Assembly (NCBI GenBank): GCA_013239625.1
Contig: MU053652.1
Span: 7,649,027-7,713,026, forward strand
Direction of reading: 5' to 3'
Length of the DNA: 64,000 nt
Source of the DNA: Lama guanicoe
Taxonomy: Eukaryota
How positions within the stretch are numbered: the stretch's first letter is position 1; every line of letters starts with the position of its first letter. The translations under genes were made by a program, and so were the position numbers. Shown here in pieces: positions 43,195 to 57,000 of this stretch. The notes beneath the pieces were generated by a model. It saw nothing but the letters and a program-made list of their open reading frames with translations, searched no databases and was not told the DNA's origin.

Positions 43195-43800
43195 ATCAAC
43201 AAATATTTATTGAGCACCAAGTGCGTGCCAAGTACCATTTGCCACTGGCAATATAAATATGAATCAGACAATGTTCTTGTCCTAAAGGAGCTCAGAATCT
43301 CTAGGGGAAGAGTGACACTTGGCACCATTATAACACCTCTGTAGACGTGCCAGAGGGCACAGCTGACTAATGAGTCACCTCTGCCTTAGGCGGGATGGAG
43401 TGTGCCAGGCTGGTCCCATTTTCAGCCCTCAGGTACCACTGAATCATGCCAACTGTGGCCAGTATTGTTTCTCATTGGTCAACGCACTCATTCTCATTGG
43501 TTGGTACCTCATTCTACCTGTTATTAAATAAATTGATGCTTACCCATACAACCAGGAAAGGCTTCAGAAAAGGTGATACCTAAGTTGAATCTTGAAAGAC
43601 GTTCAAAAGCTTCAAAAGGTTCAAAAGCAGACCAGATGGGAAGAATATTTCAGCCCAAGAAAATGGCACCAGTAAATGTACTAAGGCCTAAAATTTCATG
43701 TAAGAAAATGTAAGTTTAATGGTTTATTGTGGATAGAGTACAGTGTGTGTTGGAGATTAACAAGAAATGCAGTGACAGCATATGTAGGGGTCTGAAAACA
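43195..43800 (-). mobile_element. L2 3' fragment (interrupted)
   Basis: caacaaatatttattgagcacc...gtgcca...tcttgtcctaaaggagctcagaatct; aggaaaggcttcagaaaaggtgatacctaagttgaatcttgaa. Confidence 0.75.
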
Positions 43801-43834
43801 AAAGTTTAGAAGTCAAATGGTCTGTTAAGATAGA

Positions 43835-44060
43835 TGGTATAATGTAGTACTGCTGGATTTAAATCACTGCTCTGCCACTTAATGGCTGTATAAACTTTGA
43901 CAAATTATGCCTCTGTGCCTCATTTTATCATCTACATGATGGGACTAACTCACTCATAAGGTTGTGTAAGGGTTAAGTGAGCTACATACACATATAAAGT
44001 AGTCAGGGAGTTCCTGAAATGTAGCTAGCGTTCTGAAAGATTAACTGCCTTTATTATCAT
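43835..44060 (+). mobile_element. MIR SINE
   Basis: ctctgccacttaatggctgtataaactttgacaaatt..ctctgtgcctcatttt..cataaggttgtgtaagggttaagtgag. Confidence 0.8.
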
Positions 44061-44649
44061 TGCATAGAAAATGAAAGTCATTGAAACCCTTGAAGAAAAT
44101 AACTGACATGGTCAGATTTGCATCTCAGAAAAATCCCTTTGATACCTGTCAATAGCATAGCTTGCATGGGGTTAAAATGGGCAAGAGAGGAAATACTATT
44201 TTTATAAACTATCTGATAATAGTGTTATTACATTATCTTTCTTTTTACTTTAAGCTTGCAATGAGAATGAGTAAGATAAAACACATAAAGATGCTAGAAT
44301 AATGCTTAGAACAGAGGAAGTGCTCCAGAAATGTTCTTTATGACTGTGAAAGTGGCAAGAATGGTGTGGTGGTTGAGACAAATTTCCATTCTCTCCTTTT
44401 TAACCTTCTGTGTCACTTTATTTTGGGTGCATCAACTGTAAGTAGCTTATAGTTGTTTCTAGAGGTACTTTCTTGTAATAGATTAATTTAAACAGATTAC
44501 ATTTACTAGAATTACTGATATAGTTGGACTACTTTCAACCATCTTATTTTATATTCCCTACTATATGGTGGCCTGTTTTTTTCCTTCCTGCCTACTGTGG
44601 GATTGAAAGAGTCTATTTTTATCTTTTGAGGATTTCCCTTAAATATGTT

Positions 44650-44842
44650 TTAAATAGATAGACAACAAGGACCTACTGTATAGCATAGGCAACTATACTC
44701 AATATCTTATAATAACCTATAATGGAAAAGAATCTGAAAAACATATATATATATATATATAACTGAATCACTTTATTGCAACCTGAAATTTACACAACAT
44801 TGTAAATCAGCTATATTTCAATATAAATAAATAAATAAACAA
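44650..44842 (+). mobile_element. L1 3' end (artiodactyl-type) with (TA)n and (TAAA)n tail, inside older antisense L1-like sequence
   Basis: aacaaggacctactgtatagcataggcaactatactcaatatcttataataacctataatggaaaagaatctgaaaa; clearly related to 1993-2222 and 23530-23700. Confidence 0.9.
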
Positions 44843-46859
44843 ATGAAATCTTATCCGAAAAAAATTTAATATTCCTACTTAACTTTTTATGTATTAATAA
44901 AGTCTAAAACTTAATTGGTCTCTCTATCCTTCTCCCAGGTAGGACGTAGAAAGCATGAGCTATCACAAATCACCTGACTTTTATTTAAAATATTAATTTT
45001 TATTCTTAAACATTGCCAAAAAATTTATGTTTGCAGGCATCACTTATTTTTATTTTCCAATATAAATTTTTGCTAAGCATTTTTTCTTGTATCATACTTT
45101 TTCCTCCTGGTTTTATTTTTCTCTTGCTAAAATATTCTCTTTAGAGAAATTTCTATGATATTTTCTGGCAAAAATGATATATACATGTCCAAAAATATAT
45201 CTCTTTCACATTGTTTTGTTTAACAGTGTAGCCATTAAATTTTTATGATCTTAATGACACAAGATCCAATCTATCCTATATAAATGATTTTTTTTATTTG
45301 TTATACATGATATTTCAGGTACTCTTTCAGTCTAAGTACTTATCTCATTCTTCAATTTTTATATGACGCTTCTGTTTTGGAAACTGTTGGCCCTTTTCTT
45401 TCTCTTAGATAGAGCAGCTAAATCTATGTTTTATTTCTCTACACTTCACTTTATATATTTTTACTTCTTTTTAAATTATAATTTCCGAAGTTCTCCACTA
45501 GAACTTTTCAACTGACTCCAGCATGTTTACTGCAGTTCCCATTTTAATTACTTTTTTTTCTTACAAGGAATTTAATTGATTCATGGTTCACAAGTACCTA
45601 TTTTTGCTTCAGTGCTCCCTACTTTCACAGATACTGCTTCAAGAATTTTAAACATATTTATTTAAATTACTTTCTAGATTACTTAATTACTTCTATATTT
45701 TATGAGTAATATTTTTTGCCTTTTTATTTATTTGTTTTTTGTTTTTTGTTGTTTTTTTCCATGTTCGTCTGTGTTTGTTTACAGTAGAGAGCAATTCATA
45801 CCATGGGGTTGGATTTCCTCAAGTGCTTTGTAAGTTTTGTTGATGTGTTTATTTTCCATGGATTTATTTTTCTTTCCCTCTCACGTTTCTTCTTTCCTGT
45901 TAGGCATTATTTAAACAGCTTCAGCCTAGCTCCTAGGGGTCCACAAATCAGAAGCATATTTTATCTCTCTTCAAGGATTTCACATTTTCAGAACTGAAGC
46001 CAACACACAGTATTGGTCTAGTTTCCTGTCATTTAGGATTCTTTGCTTTCTCCCTTCATTATCCATGCAATTGTTGTATCTGGATGCACCCTTAGGAAAA
46101 TAAAGGCTTAAAGCTTCCATTTATGGTTGGGGGAATATAGTCTGCAATGTCCTGCCCACCATGGGATATGTGCAGTCCACTTTCCTGGAGACACTGAAAC
46201 CTGGAACCCCATTGCCAGATTTAGGTGCCAGCACCCTGTGTGATAATGGCTTTAGTCTCACTTTGATACCATGGGCTTGGCCATGTCTGATAAAAGATAC
46301 GTTTTTAAAATGGGGACATGTATTTCTAACTACAATAAAATTGATCATGTATACTTTCTCCATACTGAAAATGGAAGAGATTAAAAACATCCAGATCTTC
46401 AAGAGAACATAGCTAGCTAGGGACAGAGTCAGAATAACATGAATCTACTTCCTTTATGCCCAGTTAAGACTAGCACATCACTCACCCACTCAGCAGTTTG
46501 CCCCCTGTATTCTTTGTTGGTTTGTCTATCATTTGCTCAGTTTTCCCCAATGTCCATCATCAACGTGAGCTGAATATAAACCTAGATTTTAGAACATACT
46601 CCTTCATAATTTACAGACTTCAACAATATTTAATCAGGAACAATATGTTTCTACATTGTCTGAATAGCAAAATGTTTTTCTTGAGGATTTCTCTCTGTAT
46701 TTATTTTCAAGAAGAAAAAAAAAGTCTACCGTTTATCACTACATATGAGTCTTTGGCAACAAACAGCAACATACAAGAAGGATAATGATGATTGGAAGAT
46801 TATTATTAAACACTAACACTCTTTGGCAAAATTAGATGTATATAGGTGTGTGTGATTAT

Positions 46860-47520
46860 GCTTTAAATAAAGAATTCAACTGACTTTTTTCTCCTGATCT
46901 GGAGGGAGACTCTAAGTCCTTGGGATATCCAGGAGTATCTTTGTAATGCTAAAGAGATGATTCACGGTGCGCTGCTAGACAGCTTCAGAATGGGAGCCAG
47001 TCTTGGAAAGACCAATCACATGGTTAAAAGGTTGGGACTGTGAGCCATGTGACATCAGCCTGACCTCCCATAAAAACTCTGGACATCAAAGTTCAATAGG
47101 GCTTTCCGTTTGGTCAAGACATTGATTGCCGGGAGAGGAACATGCCCTGATTCCATGAGGAGGGACACGCAAGATCTGCATTCTCTCCCAGACCTTGTCC
47201 TATGCATATCTTCATTTAGCTGGTCCTCCTGGTTTGTATTCTTTGTAATAAAGTTTTAATCAAAAGTATAGCAGTTTCCTGAGTTCTGTGAGTTAGTCTA
47301 ATGAGTTATCAAACCTCAGGGAATTGTGGGAAGCACCAGCTTTACGCCCAAGCAGTCAGAAATGTGAGTGGTCCCCCTCCAACTGAACTTGTGGCTGGCA
47401 TCTGAAGAGGGGGTGGTCTTGCGGGGTACCTTGACCCTAAACCTGTGGAGTTTGACACTAACTCTGAGTGGCAAGTGTCAGAACTAAGTTTTCAATACTC
47501 CAGTTAGCACTGAAATAGTG
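46860..47520 (+). mobile_element. MER21-like LTR
   Basis: ctagacagcttcagaatgggagccagtc...gaaagacc, ataaaaactctggaca, tttcctgagttctgtgag, ggctggcatctgaag, taaacctgtggagtttgacactaactc...gtgtcagaa. Confidence 0.8.
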
Positions 47521-49224
47521 GCAGAGAAATAGAATAAATTCTTATTATTTTTAATCAGAAATTATCCCTCCTGTGTCAGACACATAAGTATTTTACAAAA
47601 TCTGATTTGGAAACTTTAAGATGAATAGAAAAGCCAAGAAGCATGTTTTTAAATTTTAGTAGCTGGCTGCCCCCTACTGACATTGTCTTAGTCACTGCTA
47701 GGATGTGAGTCTAAAAGCTGATGGATTTTCTTGGTTTTTGAAACAGTTAATTCTGTAAAAATTGAAAATCTCTCTAAAGCTTGTTTCAAACATTGATTTA
47801 ACCCAATAGTCCATTCCTTTAAATTTAAAGGCCACTAGAATCCTTCAGATATGAAAATAACTGAGCATTGAAATAAAGAGGCTGCTACTCATTGGTAAAT
47901 AAAGTATACAATCTGTAAAACTTAGTCTCTCTGAACTTCTCTCAGGTAAGACATAACAAGACTTAGGTTCTCTCTAATGTAATCCTGAGGAAATCATTTT
48001 AACATGACAAGTCTCTATTTCCTTATCTTTAAATTGAAAGCACTCTACAAAGTGATTTCTAACTCCCCTTTACATAACAAATTATACATTTTTCAAGAAA
48101 AAGGGAGTCAAGGGACTTAACATATCAAAACAGAATTAATGCATGATATTATACTAAGACAAATAAAAGTCCCTAATTTTTCATTCTTGAGTTTTTAGAA
48201 ATTCATGTTTTATGAATTTCTGAATCAGTGTTTTCACTAGTGAGGCCCAGAGGTAAGTCATATATTATATTCCTCAAAGGTGTAAAGCAGAAAGATAAAG
48301 GTACAGTGGTTGGAGGGAAGGTCTAGGGCCTGGTCATTGATCCGTCTACTCAAGTAACAAAGATCCAGTGCCTAAGGTATTCAGCGAACTCTATTCTTAA
48401 GCCCAGTTGAGTTGGCATGCAGGGTCAAAGATAAGTGGCAGAGGTATACTGGGCAGGAGATAGGAGCTTGCCAGGAGCGATAGTGCTAAGCGATGCTCAG
48501 AAAATCAGCCAACATTAAAGAAATCTGTCCCCCAAAAGCAGGGACCAGTCCTTGAAGGTGTTCTGGGAAGCTTCTCTAATTAGTGAAACACGATTTGGCG
48601 AATGTAAGATAAATACACTCATCTAATAGAAACGTATGCTTTCAAATTTCTTAGATGGTAAAACTAAGGCCTTTGCCAAGCAAAGGGACCTGCCAGTGTT
48701 TAAGAGCAATCCTGCAGGATCCAAGAAGAGGGAAGCCCAGGCTGTTACTCGGAGAAAAAAGCAGGCTCTGAATTTTCACTGTTGGGACACCAGGCAATAG
48801 CCAAGCTGGCAACAACCATGACCCAAAGCACCGTTTTGAGGTACGGGGGTCAGCACTGAGCACTGTGTCCTGAATCATCTAAAGGAGGAGGAATATTAAT
48901 GCCTCAAGTTAGAATTAGCCTAGAAGCTGGAGGTGGATTGAGTGTGTGGGGAGAGAAGTCAGTGGGCCAAGCTGGTGAAGACGGGAAAGGGAGAAGGAGG
49001 GGAGAAAACGATGAGCAGAGACCAAGCACATCGGGCAGAGGCTGCGTCCAGCAACAGCACAGTGCATGTTTATCCAGCAGATTCCATGAACCTGACACGC
49101 GGAATTTCAGACAGTTTCTAGAAGTGTTAAAGGAACAGCATTAAAAAGTGATGAATTTGTGGGTCAATTATACTTCAAACAAATAAGAAAAAAATTATGA
49201 ATTTGTGAATTTATTACTTAGAAT

Positions 49225-49570
49225 AGGCTTCGTTACATTATGATAGCACATTAAGCCCCAAATCTAAATGGCTTGACATAGCAAGGTCTGTTTCTCACTC
49301 AAGCTACAGAACCAAAAACAGTCACTAGGAGAATCTGCCCCAACTGGTCACTGAGGGACCCAAGTTCCCCCTCTTGTCGATATGTATCTAAAAGACACAG
49401 CCTCTTAACATACTGCGGTTTAGGAAGAGAGCACATGGGGGTCTTACTAGCTCTTTTGTGTGTACCTATATGTACACATTTATACATAAACATATACGTC
49501 ACCCCTTCCACTGACAGCCCACTGGCCAGAATTAGTCACATAAACCCATCTAACTACAAGGGAGGAGGTA
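49225..49570. mobile_element. MaLR LTR (MLT1-like) fragment
   Basis: ccccaaatctaaatggcttgacatagcaaggtctgtttctcactca; cactggccagaattagtcacat...aactacaaggga. Confidence 0.6.
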
Positions 49571-50584
49571 ATATGATAATCTAACATTTAAAACGAAAAC
49601 TTAACTGTGGAGAATTCAATCCTCTAAAGTCCTTGTGTTACTTGGAAAGAGAAAAAGGTATTGATTATAGCATCATTTCTTCTCTTACTTCTCTAGATAA
49701 AAACCCTATCCAGCCCACAGAGTTTTCTCTTCATTGTTGGGTAAAGCAGATTCACTGAATAATTAAAATGCCCAGGACCATATAATCATAAAATGTCGAT
49801 CTTGCCGTAAACCCCAGATAGGGTTAAGTGGGAGTAAGGACCAGAGGGATTAATCAAATTCTCTCACTTCCCACCTTAGCTTCTATGCCTCATCCCCCGT
49901 ATTGCACACTACAATATCTGGATCTTTAGAGTTGGAGTTTGGGGTGAGCACAGCGGCGAGAGAATAGGAAAGTTCTTAGATATTGCACTGGTGTCAGCTT
50001 CTGAGGCTAGAAATGTTTAAATCTGAGTTTTTGTTTCTTGGACACTTGGAGACGCTCCCCCACCTACACCTTCAATGCTGATCTGGGGAAATCTCACACC
50101 TGCAGACCCCTCAGCAGAGTAGCTTCCAGCTGGTCCCTTATTTGGCTCTTAACCACTAGGAATTCATTAAGCCAGAATTATTGTTTTAATTCTCCGTATA
50201 TAGACTCAGACTCACAAAGACACATAGCTACTCTAAAGGGATTGGGAGTACCCTTAATATTTATAATATAGTTTAAAAAAGAAAAAAAAAACCAGATTCA
50301 TTGTTTATCTTCTATATCCACACAGATAAGTCTAGAGAGTTTGTATTTTTTGATATGTTTAGGAGCATTAACTTTTGAACTGCAAGATCCACTATTATAA
50401 CAGGTAGCAAGCAACAATTTGCCAACCACAATATAACACTACTTGAAAAATTAACTTCATAAAATTGTGAGGTCTTCTCATCGCTATAAGAAGCATCCTA
50501 GATGTTCCAGGAAAACCTTCTGGATGTTTTTGTTGTTGCTCTAGTTGGTGTGGAAAGTATGACTTTCTCTTCTGTGATTATTAT

Positions 50585-51130
50585 AATTATCATTAATTGA
50601 GCAACATCTGACTGGCACTTTATATACATCATTTATAATACTTAAAGCAGAATTAAAATTGAATAATAATGAAAAGAAGATATTAGTCCCATTTTTAAAT
50701 AGGAAAAGGATAAAGACAGCTGAGCTAGTAAGTGACCACATCTGTGATTACATCACAGTGTAGTATACTTTTACTATTTACATGACAAGTACATTGAATA
50801 CATGCCTAAATATGACAAATTTTGTATCTTTATAGAATATTTTATTCAGTCATTTATTCAGTAAATATCTATTGAGTGTCTATTTCTCCCATGCTCTTCC
50901 AGGCACTGCAAATACAACATTAAGCTAAGAGAGAGTAAACAAATAAATGAACACATATATGCCAGGTGGTGACAAACTTGCTAAGAAAAAAATAAAGCAA
51001 GATAAGGGCTAGCAAGTGCTCAGGTGGGGTGGTAATGGGGAACTGCTCTAGATCAATCACATGGTCGGCGAAGAATTTTTTGATACAGTGACATCCATAT
51101 AAATAACTCAACAAATAAAACTGTGTATGC
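50585..51130 (-). mobile_element. Adjacent MIR (about 50585-50750) and L2 3' end (about 50845-51130) fragments
   Basis: attagtcccatttttaaataggaaa; tcagtcatttattcagtaaatatctattgagtgtctat...ccaggcactg. Confidence 0.6.
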
Positions 51131-52414
51131 AATTATTTCACCATAAAATATGGCCACTTATATATGAGCTTGAGGTTCAAACCAAGAGTGTTGTCTAGGA
51201 GATGGATTCCTTTTGCACAGAAGCCGTGGAATAGAGTCAGTATAAACAGGATAAACAAAACAGAGACAAAGGGAGATTAGATGCCATGCTGGAATAGAAG
51301 TCTCTGACATTTGATGCCCTTAACTTTACCCATTGCCCTGCAGTGTAGGAGACCGTGGGGAAACCCACTAAAAATTTCAGTGAGTCTTTGAAGTTTTTGA
51401 AAAGGGAGCATAGCCTCAGCAGAGATTTCTGAAACTGACTTTTTCTCTATGATATTCCACTCTAAGGTTGTTTCAACTCCTTTTGAGAAAAAAAAGAAAG
51501 AAATTGCTATACAACTGCCACTGTGCTCTTTTCATATACAAAAAGGAAAAGTTGGACATAATTATGTCGACTGCTTGATAATAACAAGCTCCCGTGGTCA
51601 CTAGATACTTGAATGTGTACTTGACTTCTTATCTCCCTTTAATGGGAGTTACTTTTAATCCTTTCCCCGTTTTCCTTTGCAAGAATGGGCTTTAAATTCT
51701 TTGACTCCCTGAGACTACAGTAAAAATGTACAGTGCTCCTAAACACCATCCTCCCCAGGACAGGGTGAGAAGCCACGCAGATATGGTGCCTGTTACCATG
51801 GGAGTGACTGTCCAGAGAAGCCGCACCTCTCAGGAGCCATCACTGCCCACTTGGAATCACCAAGCACTCAGGTCCTCTGATTCCAGGATCTTCAGGGTAA
51901 TTCTCTCACCTCCATGATTTATTCTATCTGCTTAATATAGCCTGAAGCTCTATTTAATACTTTTATAAGTCTTTGGTATCTAAACCAGTGTCAATCTATT
52001 TGAGAGAGAAACCCTCTAAGTTTATTCACCGAATTGCCACTAAATTTATGAATTTCACTCATAGGGAGCAGGAAACAGGGCTTCACTAACCTGTTGGATA
52101 TTGGCCCTACACAAACTAGGCAACTCAGTAGATAACTGAATTTACACCCAAGAATGAGTTTCTTAACTTTTTTCCAAGAAGATGTTGCTGCGGCAAAAGA
52201 GGGCTTGGGAAATAATAGGAAAAAGGCAAACAATGTGAAATAAGACAAATGGGAGTGGTCTCTGCAGGAGGGAAAACATACGTACAACCTAAATTATTTT
52301 TTGTTCTTAAATTTGTAAAACCATTTCCATCCTTTTTTGTCAGTTTTCACTAATTTGTCAGGATCCTTTGCTCAAAGATCAGACTAGAGTTTGTGGAAAT
52401 TCTTCATAACTGGC

Positions 52415-52502
52415 TAGTTTCTGTAAACAGTTAGAACTAGTATCAGTGTTTTTCCTGATAGTTTCTGTAAACAGTTAGAACTAGTATCAGTGTTTTTCCT
52501 GA
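52415..52502 (+). repeat. Perfect 2 x 44-bp tandem duplication
   Basis: tagtttctgtaaacagttagaactagtatcagtgtttttcctga at 52415-52458 and 52459-52502. Confidence 0.97.
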
Positions 52503-54109
52503 CTCCTCTGAGTGAAAAATCAGGAAACAGTTAGCAGCTACTACTGGAAGACAGGGACATTGAATACATACTAACTGATAAGCAACAGAGGAAATATAGT
52601 TGGGGGAGGGGGATGCTAGAACAGTTAAAATGCTCAGAGACTGCAGTGTCTGGAAACTTACAAAGCAGGTTATACATGCAATAAAGCAGGTACATATGCT
52701 CTTGGGGCAGGTGATCCTATAGGAAAATGTCTGCCTTGAAATGGGCCCCATTGTAGTCATTAGTTTTAGTCAGATTACGAATGATACATGACCAAGACAA
52801 GTCTCCCTGACCGTGTACCAAACACTTCGTAGATTATAACCGTCTTGGTTGAATTTGAATCTGAATAACAGCATAATATCCCAAAGGTTCTTTGTAACAT
52901 TCACGCTTTCTCGGGAAGGTGAAGATGAATCCTGTAGGCCGTACCTAATCCTCTCCCGGAAACACAAATCACTTCATCACTTTCACCATCAACCTGTTCC
53001 ACCCCACCTGTGTCCTCCTCTCAGCCTGCACACTGCCCCTCAACTAGAGGAAGGCAGTGCTGGGAGACTACCCACCTCTCCGAACTTGCTGCTTTGGTCT
53101 CGGCACAAATGTCTGGTGGCTACCGCTTCGTGCAAGAGAAAGCAGAGACAGGCCAGCCTAGATGCTTTGAGGAGAGCTATGCCACTCCCCTTCCTTCCTT
53201 CCTTTCTTCCTTTTTTTTATAGTCTATTTATTGAATACTTACACTGTGCTTGGCCCCAGATGAAGTTTATATCCGTAGAGATGATAGCAAGAGAGACAAA
53301 TGATAGGTGAAAAAAGGATAGACAGATAGAAACTTAATAAATCTTTGCAACAATAAACCTATAAACTAGGAAATGTAATTGACACCATCTCATGTATCAG
53401 GAAACTAAATTTTGGCAGAGTTGAGATACCTGCCCAACAGCTCAGATCATTTTGACTTAGCCCAGAGTCTGTGCCGTCTAGTAGGATGCTTCCCAAATCT
53501 CCAGCTCTGGTGCCTGCATGTCCCAAGCATACTGACTTACCTTCCCAACCCTCCTGCTTTTGCCCTTCTTTTTGTTTATCATCTCACCATCATGTCAGTT
53601 TGCTATAATTTCTGATGCCCTTTGAAGAGATCAGCCCAGGAGGATTCCCCCAGGATGTCTTTGAGCACCTTGAGGATGTGAAGATGCCAGGGCAGTAGGA
53701 TACTCAGGGGTCTACTGGTGGTAGATGAATTATGGCAGAAAGCACTGAAGGAGAAGAGACTTTAGCCAAAATAATAGCTTCTCAGTGTTATGCATAGTCC
53801 ATGATCATATATCCATGAGTCTAATATCTTTACTACCAGGTCAGGGGAGTGGGTTTGGGAGGAGGGGATTTGAAAGCTGGTACTACATGACTTAAGTCAT
53901 GTTCCCATGTTGGAAGGAATGGACAAAAGCAAAGTCAGGAGCCCAGAGTCTGTCTGTGCAGCCCTTCAGAAGTCTGGTCTTACTGAATCCTGGCCATGAG
54001 CTCCCCTAGTGGCTGATTCTAGATAATGAGGAGAGGGAACATGGAGTTTCCTAAACTGCCCAGGGACATCCACAGCTACCCAATAAAGACAAAAAATAAC
54101 AAGAATAAC

Positions 54110-54332
54110 TGTGGCTAACTTCATTTAGCATTCCTCTATGTCAAGCAGCATTCTAAGTCCTTTTAAATAAATTAACTCCTTTAATCTTAATAACATCCAA
54201 TTTTATCCCCATTTTACAGGTGAAGAAACTGAGACACAGAGCAGTTAAATAACTTTCTCAAAACCTGCTGATTATAAAAAGGAGAGTCAGATTTCAAACC
54301 CAGGGAGTCTGGGCACAGAGCCTGGACTCTCA
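54110..54332 (-). mobile_element. MIR SINE
   Basis: ttatccccattttacaggtgaagaaactgagacacagagcagttaaataact...gatttcaaacccaggga. Confidence 0.88.
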
Positions 54333-55314
54333 TAGTATCATCGTATCATCTCTCTTTATCAAGAATAAATTCTGGAGTGCTAACGTTTTCTTTAAAGTAA
54401 AAAATCTGGATTTGATGAAGCCTAGAGAAAAAATTACATAAACAGAAGGTTTAGGATGTTTACAAGGACCAATTGTAAAAAAAAAGAAGTTATCATGGAA
54501 AATTCCAAAACTAGTTATTAAGACTGTGAAGAACAGCTCTAGCAAACTCTGCCAAGAAAATTCTAAAAACTTAGAAATCAAAAAAGAGTTCTGCAGAGAA
54601 GAGTGAGCTTCAGGGGCATCACAAAAGGCTAAGACTCTGCCCTCTTTTTAAATGAATAAGGAATCTGCAGAGTAAACAGACTAATGAGCCACGTTTCATG
54701 TCTCCTTTCTCAGCGCTTAGGGGGGCTCTGCTCACTGCTGACCCTGCTACGATGTGCCTCTCACTCAGGTTCCTGGGGAATAATCTGCCCCAGAAGATCA
54801 GAATAGGTAAAGGTTGATCTCTCATCTTACAGGAGTTCTGTTAGTCACCCGGAAGTTGTGAGGAATGCAGATTCAACAAACAAAATCTGTTTGTAAGATG
54901 AGGTTGATTGATTCCGAGCGTGTGTTTCTCCAGGGGAAATTGAGCTTGTAGTAATGATTCCACATTGAGAAGTATCACCATCATTTTCTCAAATTAGCTG
55001 ACAACACAAATCTGGGAGGATATTATTAAAAAAAAAAAGCTGTCAAGCCATGTTGCGGGGTTATTATAATCATTACCATGTGTTATGGGTTGAATTGTGT
55101 CCCCCCCCAAACTCATATGTTGACTTAATTGTGGAAAGAAGCTTTTGCCCTTAAAAAATACTACAATCCATTTTATAGAAGCTTTAGAGTTTTATCACTT
55201 TATTTTTTTCACTCATTCAATAAAAATTTAAAACCTATTTTCTCTCAAGAACTGTGTAAAATCCTAGGGGATGATGGAAAGTGAGACATCATCACTGGTT
55301 CATTCAATAGTAAT

Positions 55315-55550
55315 GAAGAAGCAGTTTACAGTGTGGTTAAGCACATCCCTCTAAATTAAAATACCAGGCCCTTAACTCGCTATGTGGGCTTGAACATGTA
55401 ACTAAAGCTCTCTATGCTTCAATATCTTTCTTTTTCAGAGATTAGAATATACTTTTATAGCAGGATTTTCTTTTTAATGGGCTAAATAAAATAGCATATA
55501 TACAATATCTGGCAATGATAAGCATTCAATAAGTGTTACTTATTACTATG
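55315..55550 (+). mobile_element. MIR SINE
   Basis: cagtgtggttaagcac...gctatgtgggcttgaacatgtaactaaagctctctatgcttca...taagcattcaataagtgttac. Confidence 0.7.
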
Positions 55551-55695
55551 GTTGTTGTTGTTATTATTATTTCTATAATAATATAGAACCATTCTACCGC
55601 AAGAAGAAATTCCAAAGTAGAGGACATGAAACTACCCCATTGTTTCTTAATTCCTTCTTACCTAGTTTAAAAATATAGAATTGTTGAAAGAGAAC

Positions 55696-56731
55696 TGTGA
55701 GGAGATTGTCTGGAGGGAGCAGCTCCCCTGAGTGGGTCTCCGCCCTTCTTTAAGGGGGCAACAGGCTGCGGCGTTGGGAGAGGCAGGAAGACAAATTGAG
55801 AACCGGTATCTCTTCCTTCCCTTCAGCCTAAAGCCAGGAGGCTTCCAAGGAACCACTTGGAAAGCTTGGAATCTATTGCCTGCAACTGGGAGATCCTGCG
55901 ATGCCTGGCATACACTGACACGAGGACTAGAGAGGGAAGGTGGGGAGGAGAGTTTGGGAAGTAACCATGACCCTACCGGTGATGGGGGCAAGGAATGAGT
56001 GGTTGTTCCTTGTGGACTAGCTGTGGGCTAAAAGAAAGAGAATCTGTGTGCCTGGAGCTGTTTCAGACTCTGCTAAGATGACAACCTGGGGGAGGCAGGG
56101 GTGATGAGGACTCCATCAGGGAGAAGGCATGCCCAGAATACACCCCCAGAGACTGGGTGAGGGAGTGGTAGTCCACCAACGGGAAGACCACTAGGGAAAA
56201 GAGCCAGGTTTAAACAGCTCCTAGAGCCAGAGAGGAAGCCGTTTCCACCAGGTTTAGTCATCAGTCAAGCAAGAGCTTGGCTGTCCCGCACCCAGCTCTC
56301 TCCTTCCTCTGACTCATCCCTGGTGCTGTCTGACACAAGAGGGGGAAATAAAAAGACCGCATGATGTCTCACACCCGCTTTCCCACCTAAGGCACATGGT
56401 CATCCAGCTGCAGACCCCAGAGGGAACAGGAAGAGGGGGTGAAATTGGAACTTTGATGAAGGGTGAAATGTTAATGCGAATCTTAGACAGAATACTAGAT
56501 TTGTGACTTGACAGAATATTTAGTGCCTTAAAGTAGCCATGATTCTGTGCTTACTTTTTCTTGTCTTTACTAAGAATGAACATAAAGGCCATGGGCCTGC
56601 TTGCTTTTCATCTCGTGACCAAGAAAAGCTCTTCTTGGTGAGTAAATTGTAAAGGGACAGTCAGAGACAAAAAATGACTTTCCATTAAGATTACAGCCCG
56701 ACCGTTGTGCTTGTTCAGTGCATCGTTTACA
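55696..56731 (+). mobile_element. Ancient Gypsy-like solo LTR (LTR85/MamGypLTR-like), about 1 kb
   Basis: TG...CA-bounded GC-richer block; 3' end aaagggacagtcagagacaaaaaatga...gattacagccc...gtgcttgttca...gtttaca resembles mammalian Gypsy-like LTR ends; family tentative. Confidence 0.55.
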
Positions 56732-56784
56732 CAGGTCCCAGAACCCACTCCGTGCTGGGCACTGTGCTCAGGGCCACACTACTG

Positions 56785-57000
56785 CTACTGTTAATCAACA
56801 TTGCGGGTGGTCCGTGAACTTGGCACTGTACTAAGTTCTTTACAAGGATCATCTCAACTATTCCCCACACAACTCAATGAAGGACATACTGCTGTAGCCA
56901 TTGGTCAGATTAGGACCATGAAGTACAGACATCATGTTAAGTAATTTTCACAAAATCTCTTAGTAAATTAAGTGGTCAGCCAGGATTTTGTTTCATTTCT
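56785..57000 (-). mobile_element. MIR fragment
   Basis: ggcactgtactaagttctttacaaggatcatctca...cacaactcaatga...taagtggtcagccaggattt. Confidence 0.7.

Noticed and set aside
52415..52502. CRISPR-like direct repeat
   Set aside because: Two abutting copies with no spacer in a mammalian genome: a simple tandem duplication
52770..53310. 153-aa and 65-aa ORFs in a region with some CpGs
   Set aside because: Non-ATG starts, no recognisable protein, and the longer one runs into low-complexity and L2-like sequence
55080..55125. MLT1-like LTR start tgttatgggttgaattgtgtcccc
   Set aside because: Only about 45 bp is recognisable, too short to annotate as an element
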